Positions 49,121 through 59,463 of a stretch of DNA of 64,000 nt are shown piece after piece. A program made the translations under genes and the position numbers. Numbering within the stretch: the stretch's first letter is position 1; each line of letters starts with the position of its first letter. Under the pieces are notes generated by a model that was not told where the DNA came from, ran no database searches, and saw only the letters and a program-made list of their open reading frames with translations. The DNA lies in NCBI GenBank assembly GCA_047947115.1, contig CP170459.1:5888001-5952000 (forward strand), written 5' to 3'. This DNA is from Verrucomicrobiota bacterium. Lineage in GTDB: Bacteria; Verrucomicrobiota; Verrucomicrobiia; Limisphaerales; AAA164-E04.

Positions 49121-50506
49121 ATGCGCAAAGAGGCGGAAATCATCTGGAACAGAGCGGTCAAACAGCTCAAGTCCATGCTGAACGAGGAGGTTTACAAACT
49201 GTGGTTTGCCCCCATCGTTCCCCTCCATATTAAAAACAACGTGCTCATTTTGCAGGTTGCAAATGACTTTTGCGAAGTATGGCTGAAGGACAACTACCAC
49301 CAGCTGCTCGAAGAGGTTGTTGGCGGAAATTCGGAACTTAAGTTGGGGATAGCATACAAGGTGGGCACTAGCGCGCCTCCTGTCGCCAAACCCGCCCACC
49401 AGGCCAAGCTCTTTGACCACCTGGAGACCAACAGCAACAGCACCCCCAGGAGCACAACGAGTTCGAGCACCAGGGCAATCCCTTCTCACAACGGGTTCAA
49501 CCCTCATTACACTTTTGATTCGTTCGTGGTTGGAGCAAACAACAGGATGGCTCACAGCGCGGCCATGGCCGTCGCCCAATCGCCCGGCAAGTCTTATAAT
49601 CCGCTCTTTCTGTATGGAGGCGTAGGACTCGGAAAGACCCATCTGCTGCATGCCATCGGCCACCATGTCCTGGCCAAAAAACCCAACGCACGCGTTGCCT
49701 ACCTGTCATGCGAAAAATTCACCAATGAATTTATCGATGGCATCCAGAACAATCAGCTCGTCAAATTTCGCAAGAAATACCGGCAAACAGATGTGCTGCT
49801 GATTGATGACATTCAGTTTCTGTCCGGCAAGGAGCGTATTCAGGAGGAGTTTTTCCACACATTCAACGCCTTGCACGAGGCGCATAAACAGATTGTGCTT
49901 AGCTGCGACAGTCCCGCCTGTGAAATAGACGGGTTGGAACAGCGGTTAAGTTCCCGCTTTGAGTGGGGCTTGTCTGCCGACCTGCAACCGCCTGATGTGG
50001 AAACACGTCTGGCCATTCTGCTCAACAAGGAAAAATCGCTGGGGGTCACCTTGCCAAGGGCAATCGTCGAATACATTGCCAACAACATTCGGGCAAATAT
50101 CCGGCGGCTGGAAGGAGCCCTGCTCCGCGTCACGACATTTGCTTCCCTGACCAAGCAGGAATTAACCATTGACCTGGCCGAGCAATTGTTGCGCGATACG
50201 CTGCAGGAAGAAGGACGTTCGGCTGTCAGTATTGATGTCATCCAAAAGAAAGTGGCCGAGCATTACGATATACGGCTGGCCGACATGACCAGTCGCAGAA
50301 GACCGGAATACATCGCTTTTCCACGTCAGGTCGCCATGTACCTCTCCAGGCAAATGACCGAAAGTTCGCTCAATGTCATCGGCACCGCCTTTGGTGGACG
50401 AGATCATGGAACCGTTCTTCACGCATGTCGTTTGGTGAAAGATCGCATGGAGATGGACAGCTCGGTGCGCCAGGCGGTGCTCTACCTGGAACGGCAGTTG
50501 CAATAG
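49121..50506 (+). CDS. dnaA: Chromosomal replication initiator protein DnaA
   Basis: YTFDSFVVG, YNPLFLYGGVGLGKTHL, LLIDDIQ, QEEFFHTFN, SRFEWG, FGGRDHGTVLHA. Confidence 0.98.
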   Translation: MRKEAEIIWNRAVKQLKSMLNEEVYKLWFAPIVPLHIKNNVLILQVANDFCEVWLKDNYHQLLEEVVGGNSELKLGIAYKVGTSAPPVAKPAHQAKLFDHLETNSNSTPRSTTSSSTRAIPSHNGFNPHYTFDSFVVGANNRMAHSAAMAVAQSPGKSYNPLFLYGGVGLGKTHLLHAIGHHVLAKKPNARVAYLSCEKFTNEFIDGIQNNQLVKFRKKYRQTDVLLIDDIQFLSGKERIQEEFFHTFNALHEAHKQIVLSCDSPACEIDGLEQRLSSRFEWGLSADLQPPDVETRLAILLNKEKSLGVTLPRAIVEYIANNIRANIRRLEGALLRVTTFASLTKQELTIDLAEQLLRDTLQEEGRSAVSIDVIQKKVAEHYDIRLADMTSRRRPEYIAFPRQVAMYLSRQMTESSLNVIGTAFGGRDHGTVLHACRLVKDRMEMDSSVRQAVLYLERQLQ

Positions 50507-50587
50507 TCGAAAGCCTGGGGAAACAAAGGCCAACCCGATCATAACGGACTCAAGGAACTCGCCCACCCCTGCGTCGCCAGGCAAACC

Positions 50588-51580
50588 ATGGCATCCATCA
50601 TTCAAGTCCGCGATCTGACCAAGGTTTACCGAACCTATCGAAAACAATCGGGGTTCTGGGGATCCATCAAGGGTTTGGTCCACCGCAAATACGATCAAAC
50701 CGAGGCAGTCCACCGAATTTCCTTTGATATCGAGGAAGGCGAGCTGGTGGGCTTCATGGGCCCAAATGGAGCCGGAAAAACCACCACTCTCAAGATGCTG
50801 TCAGGATTGCTCTATCCTAGCTCCGGCAGCGCATCGGTCCTCGGACACGTTCCATGGGAGCGCCACGACGATTATCGTCGTCGATTTGCCTTGTTGCTCG
50901 GACAGAAAAACCAGCTCTGGTGGGATCTTCCTGCGCGGGAGTCGTTGGCTTTGAACGCCAAAATATACGGCATCTCGGACGAACAATGGAGGAAAACTGT
51001 GGGTGAAATGTCAGACATGCTGGACGTCACCGATAAACTGGACATCATGGTACGTGAACTTTCCCTTGGTGAACGCATGAAAATGGAACTGATTGCCTCA
51101 TTGCTCCATCAACCTCAAGTGCTGTTCCTGGATGAACCCACCATCGGTCTGGACGTCATTTCCCAAAAAACGGTCCGTGATTTCCTCAAGCACCTGAATA
51201 AAACCAAGGGGACCACAATTATCCTGACCAGCCATTACATGGCGGACATTCAGGAGCTTTGCCGGCGAGTGATGATCATTGACCACGGAAAACTGTTTTA
51301 TGACGGAGACCTTCAGGGCATCCTTGATCAGTTCGTGGATGAAAAGCGCATCAACATCCTGATTGAAAATCCGCCCGAAACACTACCAGAGGCATACCAG
51401 AATATTGGTCAGATCGAATCCTACACGGATGGCAAACTTCAGATTCGAGTCAAACGCAAAGAAGTGATTCAGGCATCCAAATCCCTCCTGGACATGCTGC
51501 CGATCGCGGATTTGAACATTGAAGAAGTCCCGATTGAAGAAGTCATTCGACAGATCTACTCAAACAACGAGGAGAAATAA
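50588..51580 (+). CDS. ABC transporter ATP-binding protein (ABC-2 / export type)
   Basis: GPNGAGKTT, LSLGERMK, LDEPTIGLD, LTSH. Confidence 0.95.
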   Translation: MASIIQVRDLTKVYRTYRKQSGFWGSIKGLVHRKYDQTEAVHRISFDIEEGELVGFMGPNGAGKTTTLKMLSGLLYPSSGSASVLGHVPWERHDDYRRRFALLLGQKNQLWWDLPARESLALNAKIYGISDEQWRKTVGEMSDMLDVTDKLDIMVRELSLGERMKMELIASLLHQPQVLFLDEPTIGLDVISQKTVRDFLKHLNKTKGTTIILTSHYMADIQELCRRVMIIDHGKLFYDGDLQGILDQFVDEKRINILIENPPETLPEAYQNIGQIESYTDGKLQIRVKRKEVIQASKSLLDMLPIADLNIEEVPIEEVIRQIYSNNEEK

Positions 51581-51585
51581 CCGCA

Positions 51586-52761
51586 TCAACCTTTTCGAAC
51601 GAAGGTGGCAATACGTTCCACCGCCACTTCAATTTGAGGCAGCGATGTGGCAAAACAACACCTGAGAAACCCTTCACCACTTTCCCCGAACGCAGTACCG
51701 GGCACGCAGGCAACTTTGGTTTCATTCAATAATTGAATCGCAAAATCCTTGGAAGTCAGGCCGGTCGATCGGATGGATGGAAAAGCATAGAAACTGCCGC
51801 GGGGCAAATGACAGTCCAACCCCATTTCATTGAAGGCCTGAACAATAAAATTACGACGAGCCATATAATGGTCACGCATTTCCATAGCATCCTCATACCC
51901 GTGCCTTAAGGCCTCGATCGCCGCTTCCTGACTGGTAATCCCCGCACAGAGCATACTGTATTGATGAATCCGCAGCATGGCCTCCAGCAGGTGAGTTGGA
52001 GCACATGCGTAGCCAATCCGGAATCCGGTCATGGCAAATGCTTTTGAAAAACCGTGCAGAAAAATGGTCCGTTCCAGCATTCCGGGCATGGAAGCGATGG
52101 AAACATGTTCACCTTCGTAAGTCAGTTCGGAATAGATCTCATCACTGATCACCACCAGATTATTTTCGATGGCAATATCCGCCAGCTGTTGCACCTGGTC
52201 TCGAGTCAAAGTGCCTCCGGTCGGATTGGTGGGAAAGTTCAAGACGATCGCTTTGGTTTGGGGCGTGATGGCTGCTTTCACGGCATCCGGGTTCAATGCA
52301 AAAGCGTCCTCGGAACGGCAGATCACCGGCACCGGCACGCCATGTGCCATTACGATACTCGGCGCATAACTCACGTAACAGGGAGCATTAAAAATGATTT
52401 CATCTCCCGGATTGATCAACGCCCTCAAGGCGAGATCCAGTGCTTCACTAACTCCCACAGTCACCAGCACTTCATTCTCAGGCCGATAGGTCACTTTGAA
52501 ATGTTCGGAGACATAGCGGGAAATTTCCTGGCGCAACTTGATCAATCCCAGATTGGAGGTGTAGGACGTATGCCCCTTTTCCAAAGAGTAAATGGCAGCT
52601 TCGCGAATTCTCCAGGGTGTGATAAAATCAGGTTCACCCACCCCTAGAGAAATGATATCCGGCACCCCCTGAACCAATTCAAAAAAATCACGTATTCCCG
52701 ATCGTGGGATATTAGCCACGTGACGCGCAATCGGCGAAGGTTTCGATGAAGATGTATTCAT
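51586..52761 (-). CDS. Class I/II PLP-dependent aminotransferase
   Basis: SLGVGEPDF, PTNPTG, SDEIY, GFSKAFAMTGFRIGY. Confidence 0.95.
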   Translation of the reverse strand: MNTSSSKPSPIARHVANIPRSGIRDFFELVQGVPDIISLGVGEPDFITPWRIREAAIYSLEKGHTSYTSNLGLIKLRQEISRYVSEHFKVTYRPENEVLVTVGVSEALDLALRALINPGDEIIFNAPCYVSYAPSIVMAHGVPVPVICRSEDAFALNPDAVKAAITPQTKAIVLNFPTNPTGGTLTRDQVQQLADIAIENNLVVISDEIYSELTYEGEHVSIASMPGMLERTIFLHGFSKAFAMTGFRIGYACAPTHLLEAMLRIHQYSMLCAGITSQEAAIEALRHGYEDAMEMRDHYMARRNFIVQAFNEMGLDCHLPRGSFYAFPSIRSTGLTSKDFAIQLLNETKVACVPGTAFGESGEGFLRCCFATSLPQIEVAVERIATFVRKG

Positions 52762-52829
52762 GATACTTGAGAGACAGGGAATCCCTCACGCACAAGAATG
52801 GGTCTTGGATGGAAGGGATTGCCGCGATT

Positions 52830-54119
52830 CTATGCGGCCGCCGCACTTTTGGATTTCAGCCTGAAGCGCGGCTTGGATTTGCCTTCCACCGAGGCGCGGG
52901 TGATCTTGATACTCTCAATATCATCGCGACCAGGAGCCTCATACATCACATCAAGCATTAATTTCTCAAGCATACCTCGCAGGGCACGGGCACCCGTTCC
53001 CTTCTTGATCGCCAAACGGGCCAGAGCTTTCAAGGCGTCCTGTGTGAATTCAAGATGCACTCCTTCGAGAGCCAGCAGTTTGGCATATTGCTTGACCAGG
53101 GCATTTCGGGTCTTGGTCAGAATGGCCACCAACTGATCTTCTGAAAGTTCATCCAGCACAGTGGTCATTGGAACACGACCAATAAATTCCGGAATGAATC
53201 CATAAGACACCAAATCTTCGGGTTCCACAGCGTGATACGCGGTGTTTTTCACCAAGTGCTCTTGTTCGGCATCATCGTTTTTTCCATGATGAAAACCCAT
53301 CTTGCCGCTTCCAATGCGACGCTCGACAATTTTGTCCAGCCCCACAAACGCACCCCCGCAAATGAACAAAATGTTCTTTGTGTTCACCTGGATGTATTCC
53401 TGCTGCGGATGCTTGCGGCCGCCTTGCGGGGGCACATTGCAAATGGTTCCTTCCATGATCTTCAACAAAGCCTGTTGAACACCTTCACCGGAAACATCAC
53501 GGGTGATGGAAACATTTTCGGTCTTGCGGGCAATCTTGTCGATTTCGTCCACGTATATGATGCCCATCTCGGCACTTTTAACGTCGAAATCAGCATTCTG
53601 GAGAAGACGCAGGATGATGTTCTCAACATCCTCACCCACATAACCTGCTTCGGTCAGACTGGTCGCATCCACCAATGCGTAGGGAACATCCAAAGCTTTG
53701 GCCAAGGTACTCGCCAACAGGGTTTTTCCAGAGCCGGTAGGCCCAACCATCAGAATGTTGCTCTTTTCAATGGTTACATCCTGCAGATCGTGCTTGGAAT
53801 CCAGCGCATCCACGTTGCCTTCCACTTCCGCCTGGATACGCTTGTAGTGGTTGTGCACCGCTACCGCCAAGGTTTTCTTTGCCTCGTCCTGCCCGACACA
53901 GTAATCGTCCAGAATTTCTTTTAGCTCCTTGGGACGCAACAAATTCAATTCCGCAGAAGGGGACTTCTTATCATTCCTGAATTCCTTATCAAGGACGCTT
54001 TTGCAAACCATGACGCAAGAGTCACAGATGTAAACCTGCGGACCGGCAATCAGTTTGCGCACTTCAGAGTGCGATTTGCCGCAAAAGCTGCACATGGTCA
54101 TTTGGGTGGGACGTGCCAT
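52830..54119 (-). CDS. clpX: ATP-dependent Clp protease ATP-binding subunit ClpX
   Basis: Zn finger CSFC...[30 protein letters not shown] loop. Confidence 0.99.
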   Translation of the reverse strand: MARPTQMTMCSFCGKSHSEVRKLIAGPQVYICDSCVMVCKSVLDKEFRNDKKSPSAELNLLRPKELKEILDDYCVGQDEAKKTLAVAVHNHYKRIQAEVEGNVDALDSKHDLQDVTIEKSNILMVGPTGSGKTLLASTLAKALDVPYALVDATSLTEAGYVGEDVENIILRLLQNADFDVKSAEMGIIYVDEIDKIARKTENVSITRDVSGEGVQQALLKIMEGTICNVPPQGGRKHPQQEYIQVNTKNILFICGGAFVGLDKIVERRIGSGKMGFHHGKNDDAEQEHLVKNTAYHAVEPEDLVSYGFIPEFIGRVPMTTVLDELSEDQLVAILTKTRNALVKQYAKLLALEGVHLEFTQDALKALARLAIKKGTGARALRGMLEKLMLDVMYEAPGRDDIESIKITRASVEGKSKPRFRLKSKSAAAA

Positions 54120-54133
54120 AAGTTATGCGTGAA

Positions 54134-54754
54134 TTATTTCGACTCAGCCTTTGAATCAGCCACTTCTTTCTGTGATTTCACCACTTCATCCACCAAACCG
54201 TATTCCTTGGCTTCATCAGCGCTCATGTAATTGTCCCGGTCACAATCCTTCTCGACCTGGGTCTGGTCTTTACCGGTGTGGTGGGCGATGATTTCATTCA
54301 GGCGTGACTTGAGTTTGAGCATGTAGTTGACCCGAATCTCAACATCGGAAGCCTGTCCCTGCGCGCCTCCCAACACTTGATGAATCATGATGTTGGCGTT
54401 GGGGAGTGCAAATCGCTTTCCCTTCGTGCCGCCACAGAGCAATACCGCCCCCATGCTGGCAGCCTGACCGATGCAATAGGTGTTCACGTCACAGGTCATG
54501 AACTGCATGGTGTCATAAATGGCCAATCCCGCCGTCACACTCCCTCCCGGAGAGTTGATGTAAAGATGGATATCCTTCTTGGGATCGGCATTCTGAAGGA
54601 AAAGCAGCTGGGCAATAATGACATTGGCCACCTGATCGTCGACAGGTGTGCCTAGAAAAATGATACGGTCCTTCAGCAGTCGGGAGTAGATATCATAACC
54701 TCGCTCGCCCCGACCAGTCTCTTCGACCACGTATGGCACCAAATAATTATACAT
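54134..54754 (-). CDS. clpP: ATP-dependent Clp protease proteolytic subunit
   Basis: [31 protein letters not shown]. Start could be 54772. Confidence 0.99.
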   Translation of the reverse strand: MYNYLVPYVVEETGRGERGYDIYSRLLKDRIIFLGTPVDDQVANVIIAQLLFLQNADPKKDIHLYINSPGGSVTAGLAIYDTMQFMTCDVNTYCIGQAASMGAVLLCGGTKGKRFALPNANIMIHQVLGGAQGQASDVEIRVNYMLKLKSRLNEIIAHHTGKDQTQVEKDCDRDNYMSADEAKEYGLVDEVVKSQKEVADSKAESK

Positions 54755-55766
54755 GTTTTTTTGAACTTCCATTCGTTGTGGGCAACCTACCCAAGCCCTT
54801 AGGGCACGTCAAGATTGCTTCTGGATTCAAAAAGTCCAGCGCGACATTACCGCCACTCAAAACAACCCCAATTCGACTCCCTTTGAATTGTGACCGGAAC
54901 TCTTCACTAAGCACTGCAGCCAGTGCAACCGAGCCACTTGGCTCCACGATCTGCTTCATCCAGCCCCAGATCAACCGCATGGACCCCAGTATCGCCGGAT
55001 CTTCCACCGTGACAATACCATCCACATAATCCCGCACCAATGGCCATGTCCATTCCCCAAGGCTTGTGAGCAATCCATCCGCGATGGTATCCGGCTGCAA
55101 CTGAGGTAAAAGCTCGCCTTTGGCAAGTGATCGTGCCGCATCATCGGCACCTGCCGGTTCAGCCCCAAAAACTTTGATCCGTGGCCGAAGAGACTTGATC
55201 GCCAAAGCGATCCCCCCCAGCAATCCTCCGCCTCCCACTGGAGCCACGACCACATCCAGATCCAAAATCTGATCCAAACATTCCAAGGCAACGGTCCCTT
55301 GCCCGGTGATCACGTCCGGGTGATCATAAGGCGGAATGTAATAAGCCCCTGTTTGGGCCCTTAACTCTTCCAAAACGCGTTCACGATCACTTTGCCGGTT
55401 GTCGCACCAGTGAATCGTGGCGCCATAAGCGGTCACCGCCTGCTTTTTAACTTCGGGGGCCTGTGTTGGCATCACGATGTGCACTGCGGCCCTGTGCAGT
55501 TTCCCCGCCAAGGCCAGAGCCTGGGCATGGTTTCCGGAACTTTGAGTGATGAGCCCTTGTTTCAACTGGCCTTCGGACAAACGACTTACCGCATGAAACG
55601 CCCCTCGAAATTTAAAAGCCCCGACACGCTGCAAGTGCTCGCCTTTGCAAAAAATGTCATTTCCAGCCAACTCGCTCAGCCGTCGGCTGGTCAAAACAGG
55701 CGTGACATGGGCTTTGCCACGTAAAATATCGGCAGCCTCCAGGATTCGCTTGATGGTGAGACTCAT
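54747..55766 (-). CDS. Serine/threonine dehydratase (serine racemase-like) PLP enzyme
   Basis: [35 protein letters not shown]. Confidence 0.92.
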   Translation of the reverse strand: MSLTIKRILEAADILRGKAHVTPVLTSRRLSELAGNDIFCKGEHLQRVGAFKFRGAFHAVSRLSEGQLKQGLITQSSGNHAQALALAGKLHRAAVHIVMPTQAPEVKKQAVTAYGATIHWCDNRQSDRERVLEELRAQTGAYYIPPYDHPDVITGQGTVALECLDQILDLDVVVAPVGGGGLLGGIALAIKSLRPRIKVFGAEPAGADDAARSLAKGELLPQLQPDTIADGLLTSLGEWTWPLVRDYVDGIVTVEDPAILGSMRLIWGWMKQIVEPSGSVALAAVLSEEFRSQFKGSRIGVVLSGGNVALDFLNPEAILTCPKGLGRLPTTNGSSKKHV

Positions 55767-55794
55767 ATTCTTTCCAAACACCTGTCTGCACTAC

Positions 55795-57567
55795 TCACCA
55801 GGAGCTCGCCTCTCCATCAATACGTGGATCGGAAGCTCCACTAAATGTCTTTGTTTCAAAGGAATACTGAACCGCCTGAGCTGCTCCGAGACTGGATACA
55901 ACCTCCACAATGTGACCTTTGCTTCTAAGTGATTTTATGACCGCTGTGGGCCAGGCCTTTTCCATGACGATGCGGTCAGGCTTCCACTGATGATGAAATC
56001 TTGGGTGAGCCAGGGCCTCATCCACATCCAATCCGAAATCAAGCATCAACAACAAATGCACCAACGTTTGACTGATGATCGTCGGACCGCCGGCGGCTCC
56101 GAGTGAAAGGAAGGGCTTGCCGTCCCGGGTCACAATGGTCGGACTCATACTGCTGAGCGGGCGTTTACCCGGTTGAACAGAGTTGGCTTCGCTACCCAAT
56201 AGTCCGAAAAAATTGGGTTTGCCCGGCTGGGCTGAAAAATCATCCATCTCATTGTTGAGCACAAGCCCCGTCCCGGGAACGATCACTTTCGCTCCCAGAG
56301 TGGTGTTGACAGTCGCGGTACATGCCACCCACCAACCCTCGGCATCAGCCGCCGAATAATGTGTGGTATGGCTGCCAAACAAGGCTTTTCCGGCATGAGG
56401 AGGCATGGCGTGGGAAGGCACTGCGGCGGCTTTGTCTGATCGGATCCGCCTGGCCAATTGTTCTCCATAACCAGGGTCAGTCAAGCCAAGTGGCACATCG
56501 GCATAATCCGAATCTCCCAACCAATAAGCGCGGTCGGCAAATGCCAGTTTCATCGCTTCCACGACCAGATGGATCCACTCGGCATCCATACGATCCATGG
56601 AGCCAATGTCATAAGACTCCAGAATGTTGAGTATCTGAGCCACATGCACTCCGCCCGAACTTGGAGGAGGAAAACCCATGACTTCAAATTCCCGATAAGG
56701 AATGCGCACGGAATTCCTGAATACAGGCTGATACCTTTCCATGTCCTGTTTGGTGATGAGCCCTCCGATATCGGCCATCCAATTCCCGAAGGCTTCAGCA
56801 ATGGGACCTCGATAGAAGTAGTCGATTCCGCGTGAGGCGATGACTCGGTAGAATTGAGCGAGATCCTTTTGAGCGAATGTTTGGCCTATGTCAAAAGGCT
56901 TGCCTTCCTCGGTCAAAAATATCCGACCTATTTCTTTTGATTCTTTCAGATCATCCACCACCGAAGCAATGCGCCGGTAAAAGGTCGGATTGATCTCAAA
57001 CCCATGTTCGGCAATTTGAGCGGCAGGCAAAAGAAGATCCTTCAAATCCAATCGCCCATACCGCTTCAAGGCCACATCAAAAGCGGCCAAGGCTCCTGGA
57101 ACACCCACCGCCAGCGGTCCCTTTTGAGACAATTCCGGAACGGCTTCTCCATCTCTCAAATACATGTCTCTATGCGCGGCCATTGGGGCAGCCTCCCTGC
57201 CATCGATAGCCACGCATTCTCCACGGGGTGTATGAATGAGAATGAAACATCCGCCACCGATTCCGGAATTGAACCCATCCACCACACCAAGTGTCAGGCC
57301 AACCGCCACGGCAGCATCCACTGCGTTCCCACCGCGTTTCATGGCATTCAGGCCGGCCTCTGTCGCCAACGGATGCCCGGCAGCGACAACGCCTTTGTTT
57401 CCGGCCCAACATGCCATCTGAGATTCGATGAAAATCAACAACAAGACCATCCACCGACCACCAAGAGGCCGGGTGAAGCCTTGTCCCAATTGAAGGATGC
57501 TCAGAAGCAAGCCACCGGCATGTCTCCCATTTGGGGGGGAGCAACTTTCATCGACTTGAGATTTCAT
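55795..57567 (-). CDS. ggt: Gamma-glutamyltransferase (true start may be further downstream)
   Basis: GGNAVDAAVA, SGIGGG, PPPSSGG, HTTHYS, LNNEMDDFS, PGKRPLSSMSP. Confidence 0.96.
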   Translation of the reverse strand: MKSQVDESCSPPNGRHAGGLLLSILQLGQGFTRPLGGRWMVLLLIFIESQMACWAGNKGVVAAGHPLATEAGLNAMKRGGNAVDAAVAVGLTLGVVDGFNSGIGGGCFILIHTPRGECVAIDGREAAPMAAHRDMYLRDGEAVPELSQKGPLAVGVPGALAAFDVALKRYGRLDLKDLLLPAAQIAEHGFEINPTFYRRIASVVDDLKESKEIGRIFLTEEGKPFDIGQTFAQKDLAQFYRVIASRGIDYFYRGPIAEAFGNWMADIGGLITKQDMERYQPVFRNSVRIPYREFEVMGFPPPSSGGVHVAQILNILESYDIGSMDRMDAEWIHLVVEAMKLAFADRAYWLGDSDYADVPLGLTDPGYGEQLARRIRSDKAAAVPSHAMPPHAGKALFGSHTTHYSAADAEGWWVACTATVNTTLGAKVIVPGTGLVLNNEMDDFSAQPGKPNFFGLLGSEANSVQPGKRPLSSMSPTIVTRDGKPFLSLGAAGGPTIISQTLVHLLLMLDFGLDVDEALAHPRFHHQWKPDRIVMEKAWPTAVIKSLRSKGHIVEVVSSLGAAQAVQYSFETKTFSGASDPRIDGEASSW

Positions 57568-57623
57568 AGAATCGATCTTAGATTGTATGCATTCGAAAAG
57601 GCAATCAAATCAAAGCCCCAGCC

Positions 57624-58250
57624 ATGCATATACAGCGTGAAAAACTTCTTCGCCAGTTACAGGGATTCGGACGACATATCAGCAACCAACGCGTGGTCGA
57701 GGCCATGCTTAAAATCCCACGTCATCTGTTTGTGCCCTTCGATGAAAAGGATCTGGCCTACGAAGACAAACCGCTCCCCATCGGATTCGGGCAGACCATT
57801 TCCCAACCCTACATGGTTGCCACCATGACCCAGCTCATCGATCCACGACCGGATCAATGCATCCTGGAAATCGGAACCGGTTCCGGATACCAGACTGCCA
57901 TCTTAGCCGAACTGGCGGGCCGGGTTCATACGGTGGAACGCATCGCAAAACTCAGTCACCGGGCTCGCGAAACACTCGATCGATTGGGCTATCAAAACGT
58001 GCATTTCCTCACCGGAGACGGATACAAGGGCTGGCCTGAACCCATCGTTTTTGACGCCATCCTCATCGCCTGTGCCCCCAAAGACATACCTTGGGAGCTG
58101 ACCAAGCAACTTAAACCCACCGGCCAAATGATCATTCCCGTCGGTCCCCAAGACAACCAATACCTCAAACGTATTTATCAGAACAAAAATCAATGGATCG
58201 AAGAAACGTTGATGCAAGTGCGCTTCGTGCCCATGGTGTCATCTCTTTGA
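57624..58250 (+). CDS. pcm: Protein-L-isoaspartate O-methyltransferase
   Basis: IPRHLFVP, GQTISQP, LEIGTGSGYQ, GDGYKGW, VRFVPM. Confidence 0.96.
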   Translation: MHIQREKLLRQLQGFGRHISNQRVVEAMLKIPRHLFVPFDEKDLAYEDKPLPIGFGQTISQPYMVATMTQLIDPRPDQCILEIGTGSGYQTAILAELAGRVHTVERIAKLSHRARETLDRLGYQNVHFLTGDGYKGWPEPIVFDAILIACAPKDIPWELTKQLKPTGQMIIPVGPQDNQYLKRIYQNKNQWIEETLMQVRFVPMVSSL

Positions 58251-58367
58251 ATGTTGGCAAGGCTTCGGCATGGTAGGGCTCACGCTGCTGTGCGTGACCG
58301 TCAGTGCACTGGGCTATAGGAAGACCTATCGTGTCAAACGGATACGCCACGTCAAGGAACGGTTTCA

Positions 58368-58395
58368 TTGACAAAAAAACGCCACCCTCCATATT
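58368..58395 (+). promoter_or_regulatory. Candidate sigma70 promoter for the nuclease-ligase pair
   Basis: TTGACA at 58368-58373, 16-nt spacer, CATATT. Confidence 0.35.
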
Positions 58396-58441
58396 CGGTT
58401 CCGATAGATGCCAGACAGTATCTCCACCATTTCCGGACAAT

Positions 58442-59431
58442 ATGCTGATCAGATCCGAACCATCAGGATTGTATTGCGAGAAAGGCGACTTTTACATCGA
58501 CCCTTCCCGAGCGGTGGATCGCGCCGTCATCACGCATGCACATTCGGATCATGCCCGGAAAGGTTCTCGCAGTTACCTTTGTTCTACAGCTTGTGAACCG
58601 TTGCTAAGATCCAGACTTGGAAAAAATATCTCGGTCCAGGCGATGGCATATGGAGCCACGACCCAGATCAATGGCGTCAAAGTGTCATTACATCCGGCTG
58701 GACATATCCTTGGATCGAGTCAAGTCAGGGTCGAATACGGCGGTGAAGTGTGGGTGGCAAGTGGAGATTACAAGACGAATCCGGATCCCACCTGCACACC
58801 CTTTGAATCTCTTCGCTGCAACACCTTCATCTCCGAATGCACTTTTGGCCTGCCGATCTACCAATGGCCTGCCCCCGATGACGAATGGCAACGCATGAAA
58901 AGATGGTGGCAGAACAATCGGGATCACGGACTGACCAGCGTGGTGCACGCCTACTCCTTGGGTAAGGCGCAACGTGTCCTGAACGCCCTCAAAGACATCG
59001 AGGCCCCCGTCCTGGCGCATCCTTCCATCATGGAGATGCTCCCAGCCTATACATCACAAGGCGTCTCGTTTCCCAAGGTGGAATTGGCGGATGCCGACCG
59101 GATTCTAACCCACAAGGGCAAGGCATGCGTGATCACACCCTCAACCACCGCCATGGAAAAATCGCTGGGTAAACCGGATGAATGGGAGGCAACGGATGTC
59201 TCGGGCTGGATGCAGGTCAAAAACTCCAGACGCAAACGCCAACTCCCCAGCGGCTTCGTCATTTCGGATCATGCCGACTGGAACGGCATCATCCAGGCCA
59301 TCAAGGCAAGCAACGCCGAACAGGTTTACCTGACACATGGCGACGGCACGCTGCTCAAGGATTGGCTCTGCCAACAAGGCATGTCGGTGGCATTGCTCCA
59401 TACGGGGGACGGTCGTTCGGAAGATTGGTGA
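58442..59431 (+). CDS. Ligase-associated DNA damage response exonuclease (MBL / beta-CASP)
   Basis: THAHSDHA, PAGHILGS, SGDYK, ECTFGLPIY, YSLGKAQR, SDHADW, THG. Confidence 0.92.
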   Translation: MLIRSEPSGLYCEKGDFYIDPSRAVDRAVITHAHSDHARKGSRSYLCSTACEPLLRSRLGKNISVQAMAYGATTQINGVKVSLHPAGHILGSSQVRVEYGGEVWVASGDYKTNPDPTCTPFESLRCNTFISECTFGLPIYQWPAPDDEWQRMKRWWQNNRDHGLTSVVHAYSLGKAQRVLNALKDIEAPVLAHPSIMEMLPAYTSQGVSFPKVELADADRILTHKGKACVITPSTTAMEKSLGKPDEWEATDVSGWMQVKNSRRKRQLPSGFVISDHADWNGIIQAIKASNAEQVYLTHGDGTLLKDWLCQQGMSVALLHTGDGRSEDW

Positions 59432-59463
59432 AACACACTGAGAGAACTAGAACCAGGAAATTC

